Source: Candidatus Woesearchaeota archaeon (GTDB lineage Archaea; Nanobdellota; Nanobdellia; SCGC-AAA011-G17; UBA489). From it: a stretch of DNA of 64,000 nucleotides. Positions 48,237 to 58,445 of the stretch are shown here, one piece after another. The notes beneath the pieces were generated by a model. That model saw only the letters and a program-made list of their open reading frames with translations. It ran no database searches and was not told where the DNA came from. The position numbers were made by a program, and so were the translations under genes. How positions within the stretch are numbered: the stretch's first letter is position 1; each line of letters starts with the position of its first letter. The DNA lies in contig CAYFJW010000002.1 of NCBI GenBank assembly GCA_964343875.1, positions 73,246 through 137,245 of the forward strand, written 5' to 3'.

Positions 48237-48908
48237 TTAATTCTTTTGTTTGTTATTCAAAAAACCTTTATTCCTATCAATAATTACTTCAGAAACCTGA
48301 ATACCTCTGGGTAACTCTAATATCCCTACCATAAACTTAGCCAAATCTTTTGGATCCATATATCCTTTTTTAATAACGCCCCTTCCCCTAAGATTAGAAT
48401 TAAATCCCCCCAGATGAAAACCAATGACTCTTACATCACAATCTTTAAGCTCAGTTTGTAGGGTCCTAATATACCCAAGTATTGCATGCTTTGAGGAACT
48501 ATAAACTCCATGAGCCAACCCGCTCTTAAACGAAGCAGTTGAACCCACAACGAGTATGTCGCCTTTATTCTTTTTAACAATCTCAATTAGCCCATCAACT
48601 AATTTAATAGCTCCTGTAACATTAACTCTAAAAACATTGTCCACATCAAAATCGGTTTTACCTATTTCAGCCAAAGGCATTATTCCGGAATTCAAGATTA
48701 AAAAATTAAAATCAGAATGCTCTTTTTTGATCATGCCAATAGCATTAACAATATCCTGGGAATTAGACAAATCTGCTTTTATGTTGGTCAACTTAAGATC
48801 AGACTCCGTTCTTGAAATATTAACAACTTTAACACCTTTTTTAATCAATTTAGAAGCAACTTCATAACCTAAACCATTACTAGCACCAGTTATAATTGCC
48901 TTTTTCAT
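48237..48908 (-). CDS. Short-chain dehydrogenase/reductase
   Basis: ITGASNGLG, LNSG, YSSSK; start taken at MKKAII. Confidence 0.9.
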   Translation of the reverse strand: MKKAIITGASNGLGYEVASKLIKKGVKVVNISRTESDLKLTNIKADLSNSQDIVNAIGMIKKEHSDFNFLILNSGIMPLAEIGKTDFDVDNVFRVNVTGAIKLVDGLIEIVKKNKGDILVVGSTASFKSGLAHGVYSSSKHAILGYIRTLQTELKDCDVRVIGFHLGGFNSNLRGRGVIKKGYMDPKDLAKFMVGILELPRGIQVSEVIIDRNKGFLNNKQKN

Positions 48909-48998
48909 AATTTTAAAAATGTTCAATATGTTATAAAACTATCTAAAAAGAATTAAAATAAAAAAGAAATAGTTATGTTTTGAACACCCATTAAAGCT

Positions 48999-49247
48999 CT
49001 ACTCTGCTGCTCTTCTTCTAGTAGTCCTTCTTCTTGCAGTTGTTCTCCTCGCCGCAGTGGACCTTCTTGCAGTAGTAGCCCTTCTTCTAGTTGTTGTTCT
49101 TTTAGCTGTAGATCTTCTTGCTGTTGAAGCTCTCTTCCTAGTGGTTGCCCTTCTAGTGGTAGCTCTCCTTGCAGTTGAAGCTCTTTTTCTCGTAGTAGAT
49201 CTTCTAGCTGTAGAACGCCTAGCAGTTGTAGCTCTCCTTGCCGCCAT
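48999..49247 (-). CDS. Protamine/histone-H1-like Arg/Thr/Ala/Ser repeat protein (82 aa)
   Basis: GGGGTGA SD before ATG 49247; about 14 degenerate (A/S)TT/ARR repeats; 30 Arg and 3 Lys; varied synonymous codons. Confidence 0.75.
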   Translation of the reverse strand: MAARRATTARRSTARRSTTRKRASTARRATTRRATTRKRASTARRSTAKRTTTRRRATTARRSTAARRTTARRRTTRRRAAE

Positions 49248-49324
49248 GATTATTTTCACCCCTTTGAAATTTTAATATAACCTCCAATCTAACTGCTGAA
49301 TTAGTATAAAAACATTTCCTTAAA

Positions 49325-50383
49325 TTAGTTTTTTAACAAACAATCAGAAATCTTCTTATCAGAAATCTTCTTAACTCTCTTTTGGAATCCACCTATGAAA
49401 TCCACTAAAACATCACCGAACATTTTCTTCACATCACCACTAAGTAGCTTCCCAGATTTATAATCCTTGATCAGTTTCTTCCCATCAGACTCACTCAAGA
49501 ACAAATTAGTCAAGTAAAAACAAGGCATATCTTTGTCAGGATTTCCGCCATGTTTCCTTTGAGCTTCGGCAGTATCCCTTCCTCCAGAAATCGCCTTATT
49601 TGCTTTCTTCCTTAAAGTTTTAGCATCATCTTCTAATGAAATTGTGTTATTCCTAGACTTAGACATCTTCTTACCGTCCAACCCAGGTAAAAATGTAATA
49701 TGCAACACACTTGGCTTGATATAGCCAGCTCTTGAAGCAATATCTCTTGCAATCCTCAAATGTGAATCTTCATCTGGCCCAATTGGAACTAAAACATTCT
49801 TAATTCCTCTTAATTCCTGTGGCAACAACACATGTGCGGACTGAACTGCCGGATAAAAATACAATCCAGGATTATCCTCTTTCTTGTAGCCATAACTAGC
49901 AATTATCTCAGATAATGTAACTCTTTTAGACAACTTAATGGCCAAATTATAAATATTTGTATATATCTGATCAATTATAATAAAAGTCTTTTTAGGATCA
50001 AATCCATAAGCCAATAACTCTTTAGCCAACTTAATAGAATTCTTAAACGCTTCTTTCTGATCCTTGATCTTACCAGAAACATAACTCTCATCATCAGATA
50101 TTGGAATATAAACAGGGATTCCATATTTCTTTTGAAAGAATAAATTAGTATCAAACACAACCTTATGTCCTATATGTAATGTTCCAGAAGCATTAACACC
50201 TGAAACTATAGCACACTTTTCCCCCTTTTTTAAGGCACGATAGAATTTATCAAAGTCCCTATGAGAATAAATCAATCCTCTCTTAAACGCATAAAAGTCT
50301 GGAACAGATTTTAAAGAACTTATCTTCTTAGCACCGAACTTACTAACTAGCTTTTGATTATCTTCCAAGAGCCCCTTTTTCAT
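49325..50383 (-). CDS. trpS: Tryptophanyl-tRNA synthetase (archaeal type)
   Basis: IYSHRDF, LHIGH, VPIGPDEDSH, KMSKS, GGNPDKD. Confidence 0.92.
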   Translation of the reverse strand: MKKGLLEDNQKLVSKFGAKKISSLKSVPDFYAFKRGLIYSHRDFDKFYRALKKGEKCAIVSGVNASGTLHIGHKVVFDTNLFFQKKYGIPVYIPISDDESYVSGKIKDQKEAFKNSIKLAKELLAYGFDPKKTFIIIDQIYTNIYNLAIKLSKRVTLSEIIASYGYKKEDNPGLYFYPAVQSAHVLLPQELRGIKNVLVPIGPDEDSHLRIARDIASRAGYIKPSVLHITFLPGLDGKKMSKSRNNTISLEDDAKTLRKKANKAISGGRDTAEAQRKHGGNPDKDMPCFYLTNLFLSESDGKKLIKDYKSGKLLSGDVKKMFGDVLVDFIGGFQKRVKKISDKKISDCLLKN

Positions 50384-50414
50384 AAAATAACAATCCTAAA
50401 CAAGATATATAAAA

Positions 50415-51614
50415 CTAACCTTTCAAGCTCTCAAGATAATCATTCCATATCTTTAAAGTCCTCTCAATTGTAAACTCTTCCCCCTCGCCCTCATTCTGAG
50501 GCATATGGACCACCTTAGTACCTCTTCTTTTATACCAATCTTCAATCCTGCCACTAGAATAAACCTTTGCAACTTCTGCCTGAAATTTATGTTTTTCAAA
50601 CATTGCATTATCATCTTTATCCCTATCTTTTAACCTACCTTGAGCAATATTAACATCAACTTCCGGTAAAATAATTAAACCGGGAACAAAATCCATTTCA
50701 TATTGATTTCCAGGCAAGCCCCTTATCAAACAAAAAATGCTTTCCCTATCATAACCTTCAAACATTTCTCCTTGAACCGGTTGATAAACTTGCGTAGTTA
50801 AAACACCTCTATCCAAAATCACCAAAACACCAGCCTTAATTGCAGGTTCAACTAGTTCCATAAATAAGATCTCTCTATCCAAAGAGTAACCATAAGCGGT
50901 ACTCAAAACAGAATGTTTACTCCCCGTTTTAATTAACTGTTTCCTCACAACTTCCCCCATTTCAGCATGAGTTGGCTCAGCAACTAACAACATCCCGCCA
51001 TCACCAATTACTTTTTTGGCATCCTCCCATGTTGGATTAATTCCATTGTCAATTGAAAACTGGGTTGCATTAAACACAGACATATTATTTTTAACTGCCC
51101 ATTCACCTATAGTTCTAGAAATAACTCCCTTGCCACAACCATCAATACCATCACAAATTAACAAATTCTTCCTCAACTTCCCAAGAATCTTAGCATTACT
51201 AATAAACTCATCAATTATTAATTTTAAATCTTCAATATTCTCATAACTCTCGCATTTCAACAACGGATGGTCAAAATTATCAACCATTTGAGAAGGCCTT
51301 GGTCCTTTCTTATAAACAGCCAGAACTGGAATTCTCCGCGTATTCAATGCGTATCCAACCTCAACACCGACACCCATACTACCTTTGCTTATATCAGCAA
51401 CCATTAAATCAGAATCAGCCAGCCAGCCAAGATCCCTATTCGCAACATTAACTCCTTTGGCCTTCTGTTCGGCCTCCCAAGCCAGAACATTATTCATACC
51501 AACATGTTCAGTCATAACTCTTCCGAACTTCTTTAAATAGCTAACAATCTCTCTTGAAAAACTTAAACCATCAGAATTGGCCTCAGAGACAGCAGAAGCA
51601 TAATAGATGTTCAT
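50415..51614 (-). CDS. tmk: Fusion of DNPH1/Rcl-like deoxynucleotide N-hydrolase and thymidylate kinase
   Basis: N-domain VMTEHV, RDLGWL..SD.MVAD...SMGVGVEVG; C-domain DGIDGCGKG, AEPT, ILDRG, VYQ, FE. Confidence 0.8.
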   Translation of the reverse strand: MNIYYASAVSEANSDGLSFSREIVSYLKKFGRVMTEHVGMNNVLAWEAEQKAKGVNVANRDLGWLADSDLMVADISKGSMGVGVEVGYALNTRRIPVLAVYKKGPRPSQMVDNFDHPLLKCESYENIEDLKLIIDEFISNAKILGKLRKNLLICDGIDGCGKGVISRTIGEWAVKNNMSVFNATQFSIDNGINPTWEDAKKVIGDGGMLLVAEPTHAEMGEVVRKQLIKTGSKHSVLSTAYGYSLDREILFMELVEPAIKAGVLVILDRGVLTTQVYQPVQGEMFEGYDRESIFCLIRGLPGNQYEMDFVPGLIILPEVDVNIAQGRLKDRDKDDNAMFEKHKFQAEVAKVYSSGRIEDWYKRRGTKVVHMPQNEGEGEEFTIERTLKIWNDYLESLKG

Positions 51615-51729
51615 ACACTTAATTATCTCTGAGATATATTTATTGTTAATTGTTTAACAAACTAACAATTGCAACTCCTCCATTCAACCCTAGTCAAGAA
51701 TATAAGTGAGCTCCACCTTACACATATTT

Positions 51730-52608
51730 ATGCAAGCATACCTCGACCTAGTAAGAAATGTGCTACAAAATGGCCACAAAAAAGAAGACAGAACTGGCCA
51801 CGGAACACTATCAATCTCTGGCCTAAACATCACACATGACATGACCGAGGGATTTCCATTGTTAACAACAAAGCAAATGCCCACAAGACTAGTCTGGGTC
51901 GAACTTGAAGGATTTCTAAAGGGCATAACCGACAAGGCATGGTACCAAGAACGTGGCTGTCACATCTGGGATGAATGGTGTGCAAGAGATGTTGTCCCAT
52001 ATTCAACAGACCCAGAAACCCAAGAAAGGATGCGTGCAGAACTGGACATGGGGCCTTTCTACGGTTTCCAATGGAGGCATGCAGGTGCAGAATATCATGG
52101 ACCAAAAAGAAAACCTGCAGATTATGCTGGCGAAGGTGTAGACCAACTTGAAAGAATTATACAATTACTTGAAACCCACCCCCACAGCAGAGAAATGGTC
52201 GTTAATGCATGGAATCCAGTAGACTTAGAAAGGATGGCTTTATCACCTTGTCACTTTTCATGGCAAGTTTTAGTGAATGATAATAAACTTGATTTAGTTT
52301 GGTACCAACGTTCAGCAGACCTAATGCTAGGTGTTCCTTTCAACTTAGCAAGCTACGCAACAGTACTGCATGTTTTGGCTCAGCAATTCGGGCTTGGAGA
52401 AGGAACAATCACTGGTCAGTTTGGAGACACACATATTTATAGGAAGGAAGACCATTTACGGGGAGCAGAAGAACTGTTAACAAGAGAACCAAAACCACTT
52501 CCCAGAATAGTAACAAGTCCTTGCTCATTATTGGACTGGTCTTACAAGGAATCATGGGTGGAAGGATACAAGCCACACCCTCCGATTAAAATGGAAATAG
52601 CCGTATGA
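51730..52608 (+). CDS. thyA: Thymidylate synthase ThyA
   Basis: DRTGHGT, FPLLTTK, YGFQWR, LSPCH, QRSADLMLGVPFN; start MQAYLDL. Confidence 0.95.
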   Translation: MQAYLDLVRNVLQNGHKKEDRTGHGTLSISGLNITHDMTEGFPLLTTKQMPTRLVWVELEGFLKGITDKAWYQERGCHIWDEWCARDVVPYSTDPETQERMRAELDMGPFYGFQWRHAGAEYHGPKRKPADYAGEGVDQLERIIQLLETHPHSREMVVNAWNPVDLERMALSPCHFSWQVLVNDNKLDLVWYQRSADLMLGVPFNLASYATVLHVLAQQFGLGEGTITGQFGDTHIYRKEDHLRGAEELLTREPKPLPRIVTSPCSLLDWSYKESWVEGYKPHPPIKMEIAV

Positions 52609-53102
52609 AAAAAGTAATTATAGCCGCTTACGCCATAGACGGGGCGATTGGGCTCAATGGAAGAATCCCTTGGCATATCCCAGAAGACCTCCAAAGATTC
52701 AAAAGACTAACATTACACCATCCAGTTATTATGGGAAGAACAACCTTCCAATCAATTCTAGACACACTTGGAAAACCGCTGCCAAACAGAACAAGCCTAG
52801 TTTTAACATCCAACCCTGAATTTAAAGCACCTTCCGGCGTAGTTGTGTGTCACTCACTTGAAGAAGCGTTAGCTGAAGCAAAAAAACTTGATAAAGAAGT
52901 ATTCATTGCAGGGGGTCAAAGGGTATTTGGAGGCGCCATACATCTTGCAGATAGATTAGAACTCACAGAGATCCATAAATATTATCCCGGGGACACTTTC
53001 TTCCCAGTCTCAGAGCTAGTTTATTGGAAGGAAACTCACAGAGAAAAATATGATGGATTCGACTTCGTATCTTACACTCCAGACCCAACGGCAAAAAGAT
53101 AA
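52605..53102 (+). CDS. folA: Dihydrofolate reductase
   Basis: IGLNGRIPWHIPEDL, MGRTTF, LPNR, IAGG, GDTFFP. Confidence 0.95.
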   Translation: MKKVIIAAYAIDGAIGLNGRIPWHIPEDLQRFKRLTLHHPVIMGRTTFQSILDTLGKPLPNRTSLVLTSNPEFKAPSGVVVCHSLEEALAEAKKLDKEVFIAGGQRVFGGAIHLADRLELTEIHKYYPGDTFFPVSELVYWKETHREKYDGFDFVSYTPDPTAKR

Positions 53103-53185
53103 TTCATTCCATATAATAAAACATAATTAACATTATAAATGGTTATGGTATCAAAGAGTAGGGAACTCATAGTTTTCCAAAAGTA

Positions 53186-53761
53186 ATGAAGAAAGTAATA
53201 GTAGCAGCATATGATCCTAACAGCAGGGTTATAGAAAATCACGGAAAAATCAACCGATATTTCTCAGAAGATAAAAGAGGTTTTAGAGACAGCAGATCAT
53301 ACCATCCAGTCATAATGGGGGGGAAAACTTTTAGATTATTAATGGAAAATAGTGGAACGCAAATTCCAGGAAGACCCAACATAATTGTTTCCGATCATAT
53401 GGAGGAATGGTATCAGCCCCACGAAGAATTAGAAGAATGCCTTAGTCTAAATGATTGGTCAACCAAACGCCTAGTTGCTCCTCTAGGAATAGCGGTCTGT
53501 AGAACAATTGAAGAAGCATTAGAAGTTGCAGAAAAGATAAGTGATAAAGTTTTCATTGCAGGAGGTCAAACATTCTATGATATAATGATGCCGCATGCCG
53601 ACAGATTAGAAATAACCGAAATTCACAGGCCCATTCAAGGGGACAGAGTATTCCCAGACATCAATCCAGATGAGTGGCAAGAAGTCTATAGAGAACTAAA
53701 GAACGGACATTCATTCGTAACATATGTAAGAAAACAAAGGGACTTACTTGGGGTAGGCTAA
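53186..53761 (+). CDS. Divergent second DHFR paralog
   Basis: [28 protein letters not shown]; altered substrate loop and a ~20-aa insert. Confidence 0.8.
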   Translation: MKKVIVAAYDPNSRVIENHGKINRYFSEDKRGFRDSRSYHPVIMGGKTFRLLMENSGTQIPGRPNIIVSDHMEEWYQPHEELEECLSLNDWSTKRLVAPLGIAVCRTIEEALEVAEKISDKVFIAGGQTFYDIMMPHADRLEITEIHRPIQGDRVFPDINPDEWQEVYRELKNGHSFVTYVRKQRDLLGVG

Positions 53762-54778
53762 TTTAGTAGTAAACTGCATCTTCTCACTAGACTTAAACGC
53801 TTTCCTTAGAGGATCTAATATTTTATTTAATTCTACAGCCACACCAGCTTTCAAGTCTGCAGGATGTAATTTTTTATTCCTAAATTCTTTCTCAACTTGT
53901 TTATAACTCTCAAAAGTTAAATCTCCGCCATATTTCTTATCCCTCTTAATCACAAAACTTTCACCTTTATTCTCCAATATTGGGAATATAATATTCTGTA
54001 AAAAAGCAAGAACCCCATTACCTTCAATGACACCCTCTTCACAGTAAGCCTTATTCATCTTCTTAACAACAGTTTTAGCATCATCCAATAAATCAATCTT
54101 AGATGCCTCTTCAGAAGAACTCATCTTATTTCCAGTCAACCCAGGAATCATCGGATTCATCAAATGTATTCTTTTAGAGTATCCAACTTTTTCCAAATAC
54201 TCTCTAGCAAACATAAAGATCTTTCTTTGATCCACACCACCAAATTGAGCATCCACTTCTAAGTAATGCTCATCCAAGGCTTGCAAAATCGGATACAATA
54301 ATGAACTCATCTTGGGATTATCACTTTGTTTCACAACTTCAGCCCCAGCCTTTTTAGACTCCTTAAAAGAAGACAATGCAGCTAATTTATACATATCCAA
54401 AGAATACTCTGTTCCTAATTGATAATCAGTACCCCTTACAAACTCCAACTTAGTAAGTGGAACACCAATTGACTTTAACATTTCCTTTATTAAGAACTCA
54501 TAATACTCGGTTCTATGCTGTAATTGATCCCACATAGACTTCTGATCATCCAAATAAGCATGCAAATCCGCAAACAATATCTTAACCTTACATCCTGCCT
54601 TCAAAAAATCTGCAATCTTCACAATAGGTAAAAAATAAGCCACGTGAGGTCTTCCAGTTGTAGCAGTTCCCCAATACAACTTCAGATCTCCCTGTTCCAA
54701 AATCTGCATTAATTCATCATCTCCCACTACCTCTTGGAGATTCCTAGTAATTAACTTATATTTCTCTAATGGATCCAT
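53744..54778 (-). CDS. tyrS: Tyrosyl-tRNA synthetase (eukaryote-cytosolic-like)
   Basis: [41 protein letters not shown]. Confidence 0.95.
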   Translation of the reverse strand: MDPLEKYKLITRNLQEVVGDDELMQILEQGDLKLYWGTATTGRPHVAYFLPIVKIADFLKAGCKVKILFADLHAYLDDQKSMWDQLQHRTEYYEFLIKEMLKSIGVPLTKLEFVRGTDYQLGTEYSLDMYKLAALSSFKESKKAGAEVVKQSDNPKMSSLLYPILQALDEHYLEVDAQFGGVDQRKIFMFAREYLEKVGYSKRIHLMNPMIPGLTGNKMSSSEEASKIDLLDDAKTVVKKMNKAYCEEGVIEGNGVLAFLQNIIFPILENKGESFVIKRDKKYGGDLTFESYKQVEKEFRNKKLHPADLKAGVAVELNKILDPLRKAFKSSEKMQFTTKLAYPK

Positions 54779-54863
54779 AGCATTGATTGATTAACAATAG
54801 CATATAAATCTTTCCGCCACCCATATACAAAAACCTTATAAAACAAACTTCTCTCTCCTGTCC

Positions 54864-55628
54864 ATGTTCATGAATGGTGGAGGTGTATGGATTTATACCC
54901 TTCTTAGTGTTATTGTTGTAAGTTTAGTCTCTTTAGTTGGAATTCTAACATTTTCAATGAACAAAAAAACACTAAATAAAGTACTAATTTTCCTTGTTAG
55001 CCTATCAGCGGGAGTTTTGATTGGTGATGCATTTATACATTTGATCCCCGAAGCGGCAGAGGAAGGATTTACATTAAACCTATCACTACTTATCCTAGGA
55101 GGAATAACATTATTTTTCATATTAGAGAAATTTATCCATTGGAAACACTGCCACTTACATCCCTCGCACGACCACAAACCTTCCTACGTAACTATGAACT
55201 TAATTGGTGACGCAGTTCATAACTTCATTGACGGATTACTAATCGCGGGAAGTTTCTTGGTCGATATAAGACTAGGATTAGCAACAACATTCGCAGTTAT
55301 TCTTCATGAAATACCACAAGAAATCGGAGACTTCGGCGTTCTACTACACGGCGGACTATCAAAGAAAAAAGCAATAGCCTTCAATATTGTGACCGCAATG
55401 TTTGCAATACTCGGAGCAATAGTTGCGTTAGTAATGAGCTCTATGATTAGATTTCTCCCAGAGTATTTAATTCCATTAACAGCCGGAGGTTTCATTTACA
55501 TAGCCGCATCAGATTTAATACCTCAAATTCACCATCACAAAGACAAGAGAATATCCCAATCCTTCTTAGAGTTACTAATCTTCGTTCTAGGAATCGCAAT
55601 GATGTACGGATTGTTATTCTTGGAATAA
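54864..55628 (+). CDS. ZIP family metal transporter
   Basis: HLIPEA, His-rich loop, HNFIDG, HEIPQEIGD. Confidence 0.93.
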   Translation: MFMNGGGVWIYTLLSVIVVSLVSLVGILTFSMNKKTLNKVLIFLVSLSAGVLIGDAFIHLIPEAAEEGFTLNLSLLILGGITLFFILEKFIHWKHCHLHPSHDHKPSYVTMNLIGDAVHNFIDGLLIAGSFLVDIRLGLATTFAVILHEIPQEIGDFGVLLHGGLSKKKAIAFNIVTAMFAILGAIVALVMSSMIRFLPEYLIPLTAGGFIYIAASDLIPQIHHHKDKRISQSFLELLIFVLGIAMMYGLLFLE

Positions 55629-55651
55629 TTTATCAAATTAATCCCAAGAAA

Positions 55652-55882
55652 CTAAACTTTCCTTTTTAATCTCTCAAAATCTTCTCTTGTTAATTTAACT
55701 TGTCTTAATATTTCTCTTAACAAACTCACACCAATTTTCTCACCAGAATGTATTGGAACAACAGTCCTTCTTCCATCAGGATGTTTCAACCTAATATGGC
55801 TTCCCCTTCCAAGAATTCTTTCAAAACCAATCGTCTCTAGAAGTTTACATAATCTCTTTCCAGAAATTGGGACAAGTCTCAC
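55652..55882 (-). CDS. hicA: HicA toxin
   Basis: GF....RGSH..L.HPDGR...VPIH. Confidence 0.9.
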   Translation of the reverse strand: MRLVPISGKRLCKLLETIGFERILGRGSHIRLKHPDGRRTVVPIHSGEKIGVSLLREILRQVKLTREDFERLKRKV

Positions 55883-56124
55883 TCAGTTATTTCAACTTGT
55901 TGCACACCAACAAAATCCAAAGGCTTTACGTGTTCTTTATCTGCATCTAAACAAACTTCAATTGCTTCCTTAATCCTATCCATTAGTACTCCAATAGTTT
56001 TTGCCTGAGCATAACAACCTGTAATATCTGGTACAGTCGCAATATAATAATTATCTTCACCTTTTTCAATTAAAACTGTGAAATTAAGTACTTTCTTTTT
56101 CATATCACTCACTAAGATTTTCAT
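55879..56124 (-). CDS. hicB: HicB antitoxin (short; lies upstream of hicA)
   Basis: YIATVPDITGCYAQAKT....IKEAIE; start may be ATG ~56103. Confidence 0.88.
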   Translation of the reverse strand: MKILVSDMKKKVLNFTVLIEKGEDNYYIATVPDITGCYAQAKTIGVLMDRIKEAIEVCLDADKEHVKPLDFVGVQQVEITE

Positions 56125-56269
56125 GTTTTAATAGTTTTTGTTGAAAGTTGCTCCTCCTTAATTCTATTAATCACAGATTTTTTATCAAAACTATCAAAAA
56201 ATATCCGTTATCTTTTCGATTCTAAGCTCAATAGACACCTTTTTAAACACAATTTCTAACTAAAAACAA

Positions 56270-56619
56270 GCTAGGAGTGTCATCCAACGACCGGTGCAAG
56301 CACTGAGGAAAGTCCGCCCACCGTTTATAGGCCACTTCGCAAGAAGATCCAGAAATGGATGGCAACCGTCCAGAAACAACACGTCCTTTATGTGTTAAGC
56401 GATGAGATTGCAGGGATTAAAAACCCTGGGTATGAAAATGATACCTGACGTCTTTTGTGAAAAAGACAAGTTAACCAGTCGAGCGTGCATAAAGGGAGCG
56501 ATGAAACAACGAGCCCTGGTCGGTGCAAGCTCATCTGAGCGCTAAGTAGAATGTTGGAAAGATTTCCTCTTTTCCCTGTGAAAAGAAAATCTACAAAAGG
56601 CGGCTTATGCGCTCCTAGC
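56270..56619 (+). ncRNA. rnpB: Archaeal RNase P RNA
   Basis: P1 GCUAGGAGUG/CGCUCCUAGC, GAGGAAAGUCCGCC, CAGAAAC, UGAAAC, GUGCAAG, ACAAAAGGCGGCUUA; K-turn in P12; TATA-like TTTTTAAA upstream. Confidence 0.92.
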
Positions 56620-56638
56620 CTTTTGTAGTTTTTTATGT

Positions 56639-58093
56639 CTATTCTCCTATTAACACTGGAAGTGCTTCGGATATGGTATAGATCACATCTGGGTTTTCTA
56701 GGGTTCCATTGTGTGTAATGAATGCAAAGTATGCGGTTTCATTCACATAACTTTGTTTGTTTGGAATGTCCCATGTGACTATCGCTCTGCCCATTGTGTC
56801 TAATGTTCCATTAGCGTCTGTGAATCCTAGACTTGATGAGTTTTCTCTCATGGTCTTGAATATGTCATCATTGTTTAATGGAATGTTTCTTCCGTCTGAA
56901 AGGTTGATTCCTGGTTCAGTTCCACCTGAAGCCAATAATGCATATTTTTCGAGAGGGTATTCCCAGTCATAAATATAGAATTTTACGGTATTTCCTATTA
57001 ATGCTGTCCCTTCCATGAATAATCCACTCACTTCTTCAACAGGACCGAAGCCAAGGAGATTTCCAGTCTCAGACATATAGCTTAAGTTAATTTCGTTTTC
57101 AGTAAGGCTCTTTTTTTGAACTCTTAATTCATCCATTGTTCCATTAAGGAAGTAGTTTGGATAGGTCATGTGTTTTGCTAACTTAAAGTCAGATATTCCT
57201 TGTGCAAGGGTTCCACTTGCATCTTCATGCACTAATTGTGAGTCCATGTACAGCCTATCGACTGTGGTGTTATGTGTCATTACAAAATGGATCCATTCTT
57301 CTGAACTTTGGGATATGGGTGTGTTGTAGTAATTTGCAGGTAAGCCTGTTCCAAAATAGTAATCGATAGTTGTTCCATCAAAAACCAATCCTGTTGAACC
57401 ATAAGAGCCAGTTTCACCCCACATGATAACTTGTGCAAATTGGGTTGGTTTATCTTGTCTTACCCAGAAAGATATACTAAATCCTTCATTATAGTTGTCA
57501 GGGTCGATTGCATCATCAAATTCAATTGCATCATCTAGGCCGTCAAATTTGACTCCATCTCCTACGATTGCAGCAATATTATTTGCTAAGCTCATATTTC
57601 CAATTGAATAACCTGTATGGTTGTTAATTGTAGAGTCCATCATTGAGATTCCTGGATTTTCTTCCATGTGTTGGACTGTTAGGAAATCGTCATTCCAAAC
57701 GCTTGTCGAGTTTTGAACATCTGTTGCATTTAAGTTTCCAAAGTAAACCTGGAATGTGGTGTCAGTCACAGAACTTACTAGTGGCAGTTCTACCCAGATA
57801 AATGCTTCATTTGATCCAATTTTTTCAATTTCATAATCCAATAGTGAATTATCTAAAACGAATCTTATGTCACTTCCATCAACATTAATGTTGCTGAAGT
57901 TTGCATTAACTCCATCTTCCAAGTGAACTAAAATTGGAAAATCGGTAAGGTTTTGCTCAACATTGTCTGCATCGAGAGTTATTTCGACTCTATGGCCCCA
58001 GTTATGATCCCACCAATCATTAGCGCTAGCTAGTGTGGAAAAAACTGTTAAAATAAATACTAGTGATAGTATTGTTGCTATTCTTTTGTTCAA
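56639..58093 (-). CDS. Secreted DUF2341 plus LamG/concanavalin-like protein
   Basis: TTG start after AGGAGG; signal peptide; WWDHNWGHR, DGSDIRF, YFGN, FDGLDD, GTMDELRV. Confidence 0.8.
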   Translation of the reverse strand: MNKRIATILSLVFILTVFSTLASANDWWDHNWGHRVEITLDADNVEQNLTDFPILVHLEDGVNANFSNINVDGSDIRFVLDNSLLDYEIEKIGSNEAFIWVELPLVSSVTDTTFQVYFGNLNATDVQNSTSVWNDDFLTVQHMEENPGISMMDSTINNHTGYSIGNMSLANNIAAIVGDGVKFDGLDDAIEFDDAIDPDNYNEGFSISFWVRQDKPTQFAQVIMWGETGSYGSTGLVFDGTTIDYYFGTGLPANYYNTPISQSSEEWIHFVMTHNTTVDRLYMDSQLVHEDASGTLAQGISDFKLAKHMTYPNYFLNGTMDELRVQKKSLTENEINLSYMSETGNLLGFGPVEEVSGLFMEGTALIGNTVKFYIYDWEYPLEKYALLASGGTEPGINLSDGRNIPLNNDDIFKTMRENSSSLGFTDANGTLDTMGRAIVTWDIPNKQSYVNETAYFAFITHNGTLENPDVIYTISEALPVLIGE

Positions 58094-58289
58094 GTTAGAA
58101 CCTCCTAAGTTTATTGATTCGAAGAGCATCAAATGATATTAAAGTGTTAGGCTTGCAACAAGGTTTAGTAGGATATGCCCTTAAATAATGGTTATAAGGG
58201 CTAAACTTAAGACAAGGATGTTTCAGCATTTTAAGAAAATTTGAGATTTATTCCACAACACTTTTAAACTAATTAAGCTTTGGAAAAAT

Positions 58290-58445
58290 ATGGCTCAAGA
58301 GAAAATCCAAATGCCTCAATCTGGTGGGGGCTTAGTAAGGTACTTTGATAATTATCATACTAAGATAGAAATGTCTCCTAAGGTGGTTATTGGGATGATC
58401 TTGTTGGTTATATTGATTGAAACGTTACTTCATACTTTAGGATGA
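58290..58445 (+). CDS. secG: Preprotein translocase subunit Sec61beta (not in the ORF track)
   Basis: MAQEKIQMPQSGGGLVRYFD...IEMSPKVVIGMILLVILIETLLH; AGLxRY-like motif plus C-terminal TM. Confidence 0.9.
   Translation: MAQEKIQMPQSGGGLVRYFDNYHTKIEMSPKVVIGMILLVILIETLLHTLG

Noticed and set aside
49057..49275. Hydrophobic repeat ORF on + (MDLLAVVALLL...)
   Set aside because: Antisense shadow of the Arg-rich gene, which has the SD.
56125..56269. Replication origin at the left edge of the skew switch
   Set aside because: AT-rich, but no recognisable ORB repeats or cdc6/orc1 gene, and the skew reverts within 3 kb.
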